The notes beneath the pieces are model-generated. The model made no database searches. It saw only the letters and a program-made list of their open reading frames with translations, and was not told where the DNA came from. A DNA stretch of 64,000 bases from the human T2T-CHM13v2.0 reference genome, Homo sapiens. Shown here piece after piece: positions 41,791 through 53,154 of this stretch (positions are counted from its first letter, which is position 1; each line of letters begins with the position of its first letter). The stretch lies in NCBI RefSeq assembly GCF_009914755.1, contig NC_060929.1; one strand, written 5' to 3'. The position numbers and the translations under genes were made by a program.

Positions 41791-42587
41791 CCTGTAGAAG
41801 TAGGTACATGCCATTTATTGTAATACAAGAGTGTGCTATCCCAAATACTCATACATTTTTGTTTCACTTGAGCTGGCTCAAATCAAAAAGACATAAACTG
41901 ATACAGAAAGATGTTCAGAGGAGAAATTTTCAAGAACCATCTTGAAAATGTATATGGTCTCTAATACAATTACTATTTTATCACTTTCTGGAGCAGTTCT
42001 CTTTCTCTTTTCAATTTACCTGTTCGGTGGCTCACAAAATTATAATGCTAGTGGTACAGGAAACTCTAATAGTGACAGATATGGAGAAGGAAAAGAACAT
42101 CAATCTCATACTAAAGAAATTATAGAAATTGTGAAGCTGATTTTAGAAGCAGTAGATGGATTCCTGGAAAAAGGACCCTCTTCTGTCTGCATCCTGGTAA
42201 CCAGCTGACCAAGAGGGAATTATTAATGTGTATATATCATCCAAGTAAATGAATTGTTTGAAAATCGCTTGAATTACACAGAAAATTTAGGATTAATAAA
42301 TAGCCCATGACTTTGAGAGTTTTCTTTTGAATAAATTTTCAGGATATTCTTTGAAGGTGAATTAAACCTTTTGTTTGGCTAAATACATAATTATATCAAC
42401 GTCAGCAAATGCAATGTAGTCTTAAGGTAATTAGGTATTTATCATATTTATACTAGAACTAAAATGCTTGTATTTATTAGGTATTCATTATTTTCAATAA
42501 TATTTTTAAGGTATTTTAGGATTAAACTTACCAATTTTCTTGAATTTATTGTTATTACTGATTTTAATTTTTTTCTTCTTTAATTAC

Positions 42588-42946
42588 TGAGATAAACTGA
42601 ATTGGGTCTCCTCAAAATTTATGTGTTGAAGCCCTAACTTCCAATATAATGTTGGATGGAGATGGGGCCTGTGGGCAGTGATTAAGTTTAGATGAGGTCA
42701 TGAGGATACGACCTTCATGATGGAATTAGTGTCCTTGTAGGAAGAGACACTTGGTCTTTTTCTCTGCCATGTAATTATACAGTGAGAAGACAGCTATATA
42801 GAAGCAGGAAAGAGAACTCTTACCAGAAACCAACCATGCTAGCACCCTGATCTAGAGCTTCCAATTTTCAGAACTAGGAGAAAATAAATTTCTGTCATCA
42901 CCCAGTCTATGGTACTATGTTAAGTCAGCCTGAGCAGAATAATGCA
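42588..42946 (+). mobile_element. MLT1A-like MaLR solo LTR
   Basis: CAAAATTTATGTGTTGAAGCCCTAAC...TTAGATGAGGTCATGAGG...CACCCAGTCTATGGTA. Confidence 0.8.
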
Positions 42947-43014
42947 ATTACTATCTGGATCATCTGGATCCTAAATGAGGCTAAGAAGACATGCTATGGA
43001 TAATCATCCTAGGT

Positions 43015-43165
43015 CAGGGCTTGTCATTTTCAGCACTATTGGCATACTGGTTCAGATAATTCTTTGCTGTGAGGGGCTGACCTCTGCGTTGTAGCGTATC
43101 CCACCATTCCTGGCTTGTACCCAGTAGATGCCACTAGCATCTCCTGTCCCTGTTGAAAGTCACTG
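43015..43165 (-). mobile_element. MER20 fragment, internally deleted
   Basis: TCAGCACTATTGGCAT...AGATAATTCTTTGCTGTGAGGGGCTG...TACCCAGTAGATGCCACTAGCA. Confidence 0.75.
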
Positions 43166-44019
43166 TTTTAGGTAGTGTTTAAAGCAAAAAATATATATTT
43201 AGCATGAGCATTATTATTCTCTTCACACCTCTATTCTCAAGTCCACAAGCTTTTGTTAGAACCAACAGTAAACACATGTTATTTTACCTCAAAATATAAT
43301 ATGTGAGCACTTTCCAGTGGAGGGAGACACTGGAATTTTGATTAAATTCTCAAATGAGTCAAAGATGGACATTAAAAAAAAAAAGCAAAAACAAAAACAA
43401 AATCAAAACAAGTGGAAACTGAGCTAAATACAAATTTAAGCTTAGCCACTAAATTTATCTTTAATATCCTATTTGCTTATGCTTTTTCCTGCTACTTATT
43501 CTATATGCAAAAGTCATTGGTAGAGGATGTTTTGAATTGCTGTAAGGAATAACTAAAGCACATCAGATGTTCTTATTTTTGAGGAAAAGAGATCTTGGTG
43601 TATTTATTTCTCCATCCCATTGGCTAACAACGACTGATTGGCCAGCACGTGCCCAGTGCTGTGCTAAAGACAAGGAAGCAGGTGTTTCAATCAAACATGA
43701 TGCTGCTTTTCCCAGTTCAGGAATAGCAAATAGAAGGTACGTGTGTGTCCACAGCAACATCACTAATAACACAGTCTTCTGCCAATACCAGAAGGGCTGC
43801 TGCTTCATCCCAGTCAGACCCACAGATGCCCTTCATCCTAGGTAGATTCATCAGGAATATGAAACCTATCTGCCTAGTCAGTGACTGCATTTTTCTCAGA
43901 CCTGATTTCCCTGCGGTCCCTCCACATCTTTTAACACAGAAACTTACTGATAACGTTCTCCACCCCAAACTGTTCCATTCTTCTGAGGATGAGGACCCAA
44001 ATCTTTAACCTAACCAGAA

Positions 44020-44395
44020 GGCCCTGGAAAATTCTAGATTTTTTTTCTCTCTCTCTCTGCCTGTCCTATACTCAGCTGTATAGTCAGTGGTCTTCTCTCA
44101 GTTCTTGAACCAAACTTTATTTCTTACCACTCAAGTGATTTTCAAGTGCTATTATTTTTTTCTCTGTGGAATAGACTTTGCTTAATTAATTCCACACATC
44201 GTTTACAACCAGCACAAATGTCACTTTCTTAGGAGATACTTTCTGACTTTCTCTCTCTCTCTCTTACTTTCTCTCTCTTCCCACTTTCTCTCCACTTTTT
44301 GCTCTTACCTTCATGAGGGCAGAGGAAGTGTCTATGTCTTGTTTTCTGTATATGTTACAGTGACTGGCACATAACATATGCTCAGTAAACAATTA
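44020..44395 (+). mobile_element. L2 3' fragment
   Basis: CAAATGTCACTTTCTTAGG...TTCATGAGGGCAGAGG...CAGTGACTGGCACATAACATATGCTCAGTAAA. Confidence 0.55.
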
Positions 44396-44609
44396 ATTCT
44401 CAGTTTATTTCTATTTTTAAAGGCAAGACTCTGTCTTCTAGCCGAACAGAAAACTCAGTTTAGGGCTAAGCAATTACTAATTTCCCTGAGTCTGGATGAT
44501 CACCCATATATAATTCTATTCTGTGAAACCAAGCCCTGGTTCCTTCTAGTTGTAAGTTTATGAGGACTTACAGCAGATGTCAACATTTAAAGCAAATAAG
44601 AAAGTTGAA

Positions 44610-45115
44610 TCACATAAACACTGCTGGTAACACAAGCAACTTGAATGGATCTTAAATGCGTTATGCTGAGAGTGGGATAGAGGCCAACATCAATGGTTTA
44701 CATATTGTGAGTTTCTATTTACGCATCATCCTTAAAGTGAGAAAATTATAAAGATGGATAGCAGAACAGAGGTTGCCAGGGGATGAGGCTGAAGGGAGTC
44801 TCTTTAATATAAGTCTGTATCTTAATTATGTTGAGGAGTACTCAAACATATACAAATGCCAAAATCTCAGAGAGCTAGACACCTTCCACCAACCCCTACA
44901 AAATGAGGACATACAAAAGCTGGTATAATTTTAATAAGGTCTGAACTGAGGTAGATAGTATTATACCAACATTGATTTTATGGCTTTGACATCGTTCTGT
45001 GGCTGAGTAAGATTATCACTGCAGAGAGCTGGATGGATGATACCCAGGAACTGTCTGTATCATCTTTGTAAACTGTATGGGTCTTAAACTATTTCAAAAT
45101 AAAATGTTACTAAAA
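44610..45115 (+). mobile_element. L1MC-type 3' end
   Basis: CACAAGCAACTTGAATGGATCTTAA...GGTTGCCAGGGG...CTTAAACTATTTCAAAATAAAA. Confidence 0.7.
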
Positions 45116-45968
45116 TGTTTCAGAACATTTTTGTAATGTCATTGAAATCTAATAACATGTAGTTATTGATCTCAGTATTATAATAGTGGAGACTTTTTCT
45201 TATATGAGAAAAGGGTAAACATGAGTTATAAATAAAATCAAACAATTTCGGTGATTAGAAATTAAGATTTGGGTGCCAACAAGTATGAAAAGGAAGAGAT
45301 AATAGAAATATTCTATTTATCTTTTCCAGAAATTATCCAGGGAAAGATTGTTTTCAAGGCAATGCAGTTGAGTGGGCTTTACAAATGGCTTCATGAAAAA
45401 AAAAATACATGCAATACTTTAGAATATAGTAATTTTAAATAACCAGTGACTGACCCTGTTGAAATAATGTGTAAGAAATATTTATGTTAGAATTGGAGAA
45501 ACTTTATCTAATTCATTATCCGTCACATGTCCTAAAGCAGTAAATTCAAATAACTAAATACTATTAGATTACATTTTGGTTTTTTAAGCAATATTATTCC
45601 TCTTAAAGATTATGCAATATTTTGTTCTTTCTCAAATGCATGCCTTCATATTTTCAACCATGCTGCTGTATTAAATCAGCCCAGGGAATCTGAGTTCTTC
45701 TTTGTGGGGCAATTTCAATGTGTGTGTATCGGGGTATCCCACCTGATGGCCGATTAGCTGGGCAGCATCCAGCCTGTCTATGCTTGACAATTTAGTCACC
45801 TGGAGCACCACCTGTCCACAATGGCATGCTCCTATATAACAAGAAAACTACAGAGTTCTACACTTTCTTATGTGAGTTTACTGATTCTTCTTGAGAATAA
45901 GTTTCTTTAGCTGATGTGAAAGACCCTTACAAAACACCACAGTTTGTGAGTGATGGAAGAATAAAATC

Positions 45969-46478
45969 TGTGATAGTTAATTTTGGGTGTCAACTTGACT
46001 GGATTAAGGCATACTAGAGAACTAGCAAAGCATTACTTTAGGGTGTGTCTGTGAAGGTGTTTCCAGAGGAGATTGCTGTGTGAGTCTGAGTGTCTAAGTG
46101 CTAAATCCACCCTCAGTGTGGGTGGGCACCATCGAATCTGCTGGGGTCCCAGACAGAACTAAAACAGAGGAGAGAGAAATTGGTCTCTCTCTTTCTCTTC
46201 TGGAGCTGTGAAACATTCTTCTTCTCCTTGGATATCAAAACTCCAGGCTCTCCAGGCTTTGGCTTTTGGACTCCAGGACTTATACCAGCAGCCCCCTGGG
46301 TTCTTAGGCCGTCAGACTTGGATTGATCCATGCTACTGGTATCCCGGGTCTCAACCCACAGATGGTCTTTCATGGGACTTCTCAGCCTTTATACATGTAT
46401 GAACCAATTCCTCTAAAAAAAATCCCCATATATATTTATCCTATTGGTTCTGTTTCTCTGGACAATCTTGACTAATAC
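45969..46478 (+). mobile_element. MLT2B-like 5' LTR of the ERV-L provirus
   Basis: TGTGATAGTTAATTTTGGGTGTCAACTTGACTGGATTAAGG...CCTATTGGTTCTGTTTCTCTGG...GACTAATAC, followed by the ERV-L internal start TTTGGTACTAGTAGTGG. Confidence 0.88.
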
Positions 46479-46705
46479 TTTGGTACTAGTAGTGGTCGTA
46501 GAGGAAGAAAATTTTAAGAATGAAGTTTCTTTATTGGTTTTGGGGTTTCAATTCTCTAATCTGATTAGACATAAAAATACCTAAGACTATGTGTCTAATA
46601 GTACAGACAACACTGATAATCTGTGGAATGAACTGTTTATAGAGATACACAACCATATTTGATACTCCTAATTTACCACTTACAGGAGGCAGGGAACTTG
46701 GTGAC

Positions 46706-47269
46706 TGCGATGGTTAATATTAGGTGTCAACTTGATTGGATTGAGGGATGCATAGATGGCTGATGAAGCATTGTTTCTGGTGTGTCTGTAAGGATGTTGC
46801 CAGAGAAGATTGACATTTACGCTAGTGGGCTGGAAGAAGAAGACCCACCCTCAGTGTGGGTGGGCACATTCCATTCGGCTGCCAGCCCAGCTAGAAAGAA
46901 GCAGGCAGAAGAAGAGGGTAGGCAGCTTGCTGAAAATCCTTTCTCTCTGTCTTCCCATGCCAGATGTTTGCTTCCTCTTCTCTTGCCCTTGGATATCAGA
47001 CTCCAGGTTCTTTGGATTTTGAACTCTGACGCTTGCACTCCCAGAGGCTCTTGGGCCTTCAGCCATTGACTAAGGCCCTCACTGTAGGCTTCCCTAGTTT
47101 TGAGGCTTTTGAAATTAGTCAAGTTACCAGCTTCTCTCCTTCTCTGGCTCACAGGTGGCCTATTGTGGGAACTCGCCTTATAATCATGTAAGCCAATTCT
47201 CCCTAATAAACTCCTTTTTATATATCCACATATCCTATTGCTTATGCTCCTCTGGAAAATCCTAATACA
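46706..47269 (+). mobile_element. Second MLT2 (MLT2A/B-like) solo LTR nested in the ERV-L leader
   Basis: TGCGATGGTTAATATTAGGTGTCAACTTGATTGGATTGA...CTAATACA. Perfect TSD GTGAC at 46701-46705 and 47270-47274. Confidence 0.9.
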
Positions 47270-47282
47270 GTGACTCCAAATA

Positions 47283-47702
47283 TGCTATATTCTGCTTGTT
47301 GGTCCCTTCCTAATATCATGTTAATATATGATCTCCAATGTTGGAAGTGAGGCCTAATGGAGGTGTTTGGGTCATGAGGGGAGATCCATTAAGAACAGAT
47401 CGACGATCTCCCCGGTTGGGGGAACATTCTTGCTCTATTTATTCCCACAAGACTTGGTTATTAAAAAGAGACTGGTAACTCCCCTCTCTCTTGTTTCCTC
47501 TCTCATCACGTGACCTCTCCACAGGCTAGCTCCGCTTCCCCTTCTGCCAGGAGTGGTAGCAACCTGAGGCCCTCTCCAGAAGCAGATGCTAGCACCATGC
47601 TTCTTGTACTGGCTGCAGAGCCATAAGCCAAATAAATCGACTTTCTTTATAAATTACATAGCTGCAGATATTTCTTTAGGGCAAGACACACAAACTAAGA
47701 CA
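47283..47702 (+). mobile_element. MSTB-like MaLR solo LTR nested in ERV-L
   Basis: TGCTAT...CCAATGTTGGAAGTGAGGCCTAATGGAGGTGTTTGGGTCATG...AGCAGATGCTAGCACCATGCTTCTTGTAC...ACTAAGACA. Confidence 0.85.
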
Positions 47703-48199
47703 GTATGATACTTCCAAATATTTGCAGAAAACTAAGGAATATAATGATGATGGTTGGTTGCATCTAATGTTGTTGGAAAAGGTAATGAATGAAAAAGATG
47801 AGCTCGGGGATGTGATTTCCTGGCTGCAGCTCTGTATAAATAGCCTAAGAACTTCTCAGTGCTACCTGAGTCAGAATCTTCTCTCCTGTAACCACAGGGC
47901 TGAAACTGCTGAAAGTCAGATGCAATCCCCCCATCATATGTTTGACTGAATTACAACAAAAGTTGAATTTTCAGTCTCACATGGTGTGTACCGTGGAAGT
48001 GAGGGCATTGTTTAGGAAGAATAGGATCCTGTATGTTGGAATGGGATGTGTGGGAGGACCCTGATGAGGCTGGGGACATCGAGCTCCTAAATTTTGAAGG
48101 GTCTTGTTTCCCAGTGGAAGTGGTCTCCCCACTGCTTCTTCACCTTGTTTGAAAAGATTAACTCCGCATTGCCTGAGAAAATGGTAATGGCTACTCTTG

Positions 48200-48272
48200 A
48201 AACCCCCATGACACAGGTTCGCCTATGTAACAAGCCTGCACATGTACTCCTGAACTTAAAATAAAAATTAAA
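48200..48272 (+). mobile_element. Short L1PA 3'-terminal fragment inside ERV-L gag
   Basis: AAACCCCCATGACACAGGTTCGCCTATGTAACAAGCCTGCACATGTACTCCTGAACTTAAAATAAAA. Confidence 0.8.
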
Positions 48273-49596
48273 CTTTTCTAACTTATACAAATGGAAATCT
48301 GGGGAACATGTGTGGGAACAGATACTAAAGGTATGGGATAATGGTGAAATAAACAAAAATTTGGATCAGGCCAAATTTATTAATATGGAGCCACTAAGCA
48401 GAGATTCTGTATTTAATGTTGAAGCTCAGGGATTTAGGAAACGTGCTAATTAGTTGATTGGTTTGTTGGCTAAAACACGAATTAAATGATGGCCCACTGT
48501 GTGTGAGTTAAAGATGTCTGATATCCCTTAGGTTATGTAGGCGAAGAGATTCAAAAGCCTAGGGAGACTAGAATGTTGGAGTAAATTCATTGCTTTAAAC
48601 CTACCCACCCCATCTGGGAGGGTCCAGAAGACATGTCTTCCACCAATAAAACTTTGAGAAATATATTTGTAAGGGAGGCTCAGCCTCCCTGAAGAGATCT
48701 GTGATTGGTGTTCTCTGTAGACCAGACCCAACAATAGGGACTGCTGTCACTCAATTGGAAAACTTAAATGAAATGGGAATAAGTGGATCCTGGGGAGGCA
48801 GGGGTCAAGTAGCAGCACTCACAATTAAAGGCAAAGTGGACAAGGTGGATATGGCAACAATCAGAATAGCCATGTGGATCCCTGGCACTAGCTAGTTAAT
48901 CATTTTGCTCCTAGAAGTGAAACAGACAGGAAGACTACTAAGTTCTTACATCATCCAACATGAATCAAAAAACAAGAAAACATGGACCCTTGGTCCATTC
49001 CTAGACTTAAGCAAGTTTACAGATCCCTTGAATGAAGGGGTGGCTGGGTCTTCTCCAGGAAGGATGCTGATGTACTACCAAAAATTTATACCGTTCAACT
49101 TTCTCCCATACTTCCCCAAAGAGACTTACAGCCTTTTGCCAGAGTAATTGTGCATTAGGTAAAAGAAAATAATCAGACCTTTTGGGGACTCCTGGACACT
49201 GACTCTGAACTGATACTGAGTCCAGGAGAACTGAAATGTCACTGTGACCCTCCAGTTACAGTAGGGGTTTATGGTGGTCAGGAGATCCATGGAGTTTCAA
49301 CTTAGCTCACAATAGGTCTAGTGGGTTCCCAAACCCAACCTGTGGTTATTTCCCCAGCTCCAGATGCATACTCAGAATAGACACTGGAAGCTGGCAGAGT
49401 TCCCTGTTCCCTGACCTGTGAAATGGGGACTATTATGGTGGGAAAGGCCAAAAGGAAGCCATTAGCACTGCCTCTACCTAAGAAAATAGCAAATGCAAAA
49501 CAACACAGCATTTTCCTGGAAATATTGCACAGAATGGTGCCATCATTAAAGACTTGAAAGACGCAGGGTTGATGATTCTCATAACAGCCCCAAGCA

Positions 49597-49689
49597 ACAG
49601 AAAAGAGTTGCTTGGCATAGAGCATATTATTTTCACCCACACTCCAGGCACAATGATCTACTCTTATCATTTAAGAGAAGTTTTATATC
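49597..49689 (-). repeat. 93-bp inverted copy of 52711-52803
   Basis: Reverse complement matches 52711-52803 at 91/93; both give the ORF-track peptide MIRVDHCAWSVGENNMLYAKQ. Confidence 0.95.
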
Positions 49690-50545
49690 AGTGTAGGAAA
49701 TTCCTTATAATATAGCCAAGTTCCCAGATGCCAGCCAGAACCAAGCTTGCAAACAGGTCTTTGTAAGAATACAGTCTTACTGAGCTCAAGGTAAGGATGA
49801 CAAATCTGAGTGTGAATATCCAGCAATGGAGGCACAACTTTGGTGAGTGAAATGAATGAGCATAGAATTTAAGACTAGCCAGAACATGGTGAGAAAGCTT
49901 CAGGGATGCATGCTGGTTTGAATAAAGGCAATGTTCTCATTTGTTTACATTTTGTTTTTAATATGCTTCAAGTATACCAATGATTGTTTTGATGTTCTTG
50001 TTTTAATTATGTGACTGGTGACAATTATCTAAGAAACGGATTCATTTTTTGAAATATCTAGAAACTTTGAGGCTTTAGGCAAAGTTACAGGCTATGAAAA
50101 GAAATAAAATCAGATGTACACTAGTGAATTATTCAGTTTCTTCCTACGTATAAGGAGATATATTAAGTGCATTAGTATCCACAAGATTAAAAAGATATTT
50201 TGGTTTTGTATTCCATTTACCATTGAATTAGAACTATAAGACACATGTAAGATAAGTAGCTATAGAATGCAATCAATACTTTATGCTTCCTTAAGAACAT
50301 CAAAGGCCTTATGAAGAATTAAATCCAGGAGAGTTGGATCTACTTTGAGACTTCTTACTTCTTACTCCTTACTCAGAAAATGCTTCTGAAAGAATGAAGT
50401 TTGAGAACTGAGTTTATGAAAATTTTTCTTTGAAGCAAATAGGCAGAATATGCTGGAGGACTGGCAGAATTCAGCCCCCATTCAGGAAAAATAGTTTGCT
50501 TTTGATTCATCAGCAGATGCAGCTGATGTAAGTAATCACTAGGAT

Positions 50546-50632
50546 CTTTTTTTTCTTGTTTTTTAAATTATACTTTAAGTTCTAGGGTACATGTGCACAA
50601 CATTCAGGTTTGATACATAGGTATACGTGTTC
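50546..50632 (-). mobile_element. Short L1PA 3' tail fragment
   Basis: T-tail followed by ATTATACTTTAAGTTCTAGGGTACATGTGCACAACATTCAGGTTTGATACATAGGTATAC. Confidence 0.85.
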
Positions 50633-50762
50633 CGGTTAGAAGTGAACTTTGAAGATACAAGAGGATGGGCTCACTGCTTTTTATTACGGATAATTTGTCC
50701 AAATGAGTGGCTGGGTTGACCAAGTTGCTATATTCTGTGCTGGGTATTCTTCCTGCGAAATC

Positions 50763-51775
50763 CAGGACCAGTTTCATGGGTGTGCCACCTGTGCAACTGG
50801 GCACGCTTTAGCCTGCAGAAGAGCCCCACACTTGGTTTGATGCTATACTATTGCAGTCTCGAAATTCTTAATAATTTTATGTTTGTGCTTATGTTTTGTA
50901 ACTACAGTTTGATGAGACAATGAAGAACATGACTGAGCCAAGGAGAATGGGCAAGGTGCCTGCTCGAAGTTCCTTACCATCACATTTGCATAGAGCCTTC
51001 TCAGTGGTCAGTGAGCACAGAATGCCAGTGGACCCATGATGCTGGTAGCTCAGCTAGATTCAAAGTGAATGCAAGGTAAGCACATTAAACCTATGGCTAG
51101 TAACCAGTGCACCGACAGCCTGAGAGGTGATGCCTTCCATTAGAACCACAACTAGAACTTGCTTTGAACACAGAAAGATGACAGTGTTTTAAGAAACATT
51201 TGATCAAGGAAACTTGTCCCAACTTATTTTTGACTCATGTTATTTTCCTTTATTCATTAATTACGTATGCTGAAAATGATGACATAAAAGATGAGGGAAA
51301 TAAAGATGGAAGCATCTACAGTTTCATTCCCTTTTGATCCTTCCTTACTCATCAGTAAGCCAACAGCAGACAACGTTGATAAAAAGTACACGTATAAATA
51401 AGTAAAAACAAACAAAAAACAGCTAAGTTTAGTCTTGGGCAGTGTTTCCACAGTTCTGATAAGTACAAAATATAGATGTATATACTTATGACCTGCCAAA
51501 TATGAATTGGGTAATATGAGTTGACTGTGAAAATTAATTAAATGCATTTATTTAATTTATTCACATTTAAAACTGGCATTGAATAATATGAAAATGAATG
51601 GTAAAATTCCTGCTAACAATTTTAAATTTTAATTTTTGTTACTTAAAATGACATTAAATAACAAATAGAAAATCTGCCATAACAAATAGAGAAAGTTGCT
51701 GCACAAGAAAGGATAAGTAAAAACATTTTCTATTTTAGTATTTATAGCTATGCATTTTTTCCTTCTTTTTTAACC
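50763..51775 (+). mobile_element. MER45B-like hAT-Tip100 DNA transposon, right end apparently truncated
   Basis: CAGGACCAGTTTCATGGGTGTGCCACCTGTGCA...CCCCACACTTGGTTTGATGCT...GAAATTCTTAATAATTTT matches the MER45 left end; ~1 kb long. Confidence 0.7.
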
Positions 51776-52710
51776 AGATACCAACTCACCTATTGGCCTA
51801 TGCAGAAGACAGATGGATCTTAGAGAACAACAGTGGTTTATTGTAAGCTTAACCAAGTGATGACTCCAATTACAGTTTCTGTACCAGATGTCATTTGATT
51901 GCTTGAGCAAAGTAACCTGATAATTTGCTGGCATTTTTTAAATACCTGTCCATAAGGCCCACCAGAAGCAGTTCACTTGCAGCTGGCAAGGCCAGCCATA
52001 TCCCTCCACCATCCTCAGAATATGTCAAACCTCAGAAATATATCAATTCTCCAGCTCTATGTCACAATCTAGTTCAAGATTAAAGGATCTTGAGCATCTT
52101 TTTCTTCCACAGTATATCGCATGGGTCCGTTGCACAGAGTGATGACATTACATTTACTGGACCTAGTGAATGTGAAGTAGCAACTACTCTGAACTTATTG
52201 GTAAAATATTTGCAGTGATTGGTCAGGACTACCTTGGGGAAACTGGACTACTGCTCCACAATGGAGATAAGAAAAAGAATGTCTTAAATACAAGAAATCC
52301 CTTAGGGTGTCTCTTAGTATTGCCATGCTCTGTGATTAAGGTCAATGGGAAATTACAACCACCCAATGCAAACAAGAATATAAATAGCCTAGACCTTTCA
52401 GGAATGAAGGTTGGGTCACCCTGCCAAATAGAGAACCATGGTCTTTTGAGATGCTTGTTGAAGGTAAAAGGATACAGAATGGGTAGTGGAAGAACAACAT
52501 AGTCATAATGACCAGCTATGACTATGTGCCCACTTACAGAAATGAGAAACTATAATTGTACTGAGTATTTCCTCCCTATTTCATTAAAAATATGTTTGTG
52601 CGTGTGTGATGCTTTTTTATTGCCTAATTATTAGGAACATTTCTCATCTTGATCGTTTTGCATTCTAACATTTTAAATGATTTTTTGGTAATTCTAACTA
52701 TTAGTCTCTA

Positions 52711-52803
52711 GATATAAAACTTCTCTTAAATGATAAGAGTAGATCATTGTGCCTGGAGTGTGGGTGAAAACAATATGCTCTATGCCAAGCAATTCTTTTC
52801 TGT
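52711..52803 (+). repeat. Partner of the 93-bp inverted duplication
   Basis: See 49597-49689. Confidence 0.95.
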
Positions 52804-53154
52804 CTGGGAGTCTGGAGTTTTGTACATGTTAGGCAGAGAATGTCTACATTACCAGCCTCTAGTAGAAATTCGAGGCCCTGAGTTTCTACAGAGCTTCACT
52901 GATGGACAACACATCTCACACATTGCTCAACTAATTGCTGGAGAAATTAGGTGCGTCCTGTGCAGCTTCACCGAATGACTCTTGGAAGCTTGAGCCTGAT
53001 TCCTCCAGGGTTAGCATCCTGGGCCTTTCCCTTGCTGATTTTGTTTTATTTCCTTTTTGCTGTACTATGTCTTAGCCATGAATGCAACTAACTCTGTGTG
53101 AAGTCTTCCTAGCAAACAAGTGAGCCTGGAGCAGTCTTGGAGACCACCTGCACA
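52796..53154 (+). mobile_element. MER21-like LTR, 3' part
   Basis: TCTGGGAGTCTGGAGTTTTGTACATGTTAGGCAGAG...GACTCTTGGAAGCTTGAGCCTG...GTCTTGGAGACCACCTGCACA. Confidence 0.75.

Larger units (their letters stand above)
46479..52610 (+). mobile_element. ERV-L internal region (gag, protease, partial RT, dUTPase); decayed, interrupted, no 3' LTR
   Basis: gag-like NDDGWLHLMLLEKV (47722); protease GGACTCCTGGACACTGACTCTGAACTG (LLDTxSEL, ~49185); RT start at 51781; dUTPase-like VIGQDYLGETGLLLHNG...PCSVIKVNGKLQ (52215). Confidence 0.88.

Noticed and set aside
40675-41809. Cluster of 77-145-aa minus-strand ORFs
   Set aside because: They lie in decayed L2/MER91 sequence and show no recognisable intact domains.
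43563-44008. Four overlapping ORFs on both strands
   Set aside because: No recognisable homology or exon structure; locally higher GC reduces stop-codon frequency.
49302-52978. Two ORFs with identical N-termini suggesting paralogous genes
   Set aside because: The identity comes only from the 93-bp inverted duplication; the rest is antisense ERV-L or MER21 sequence.
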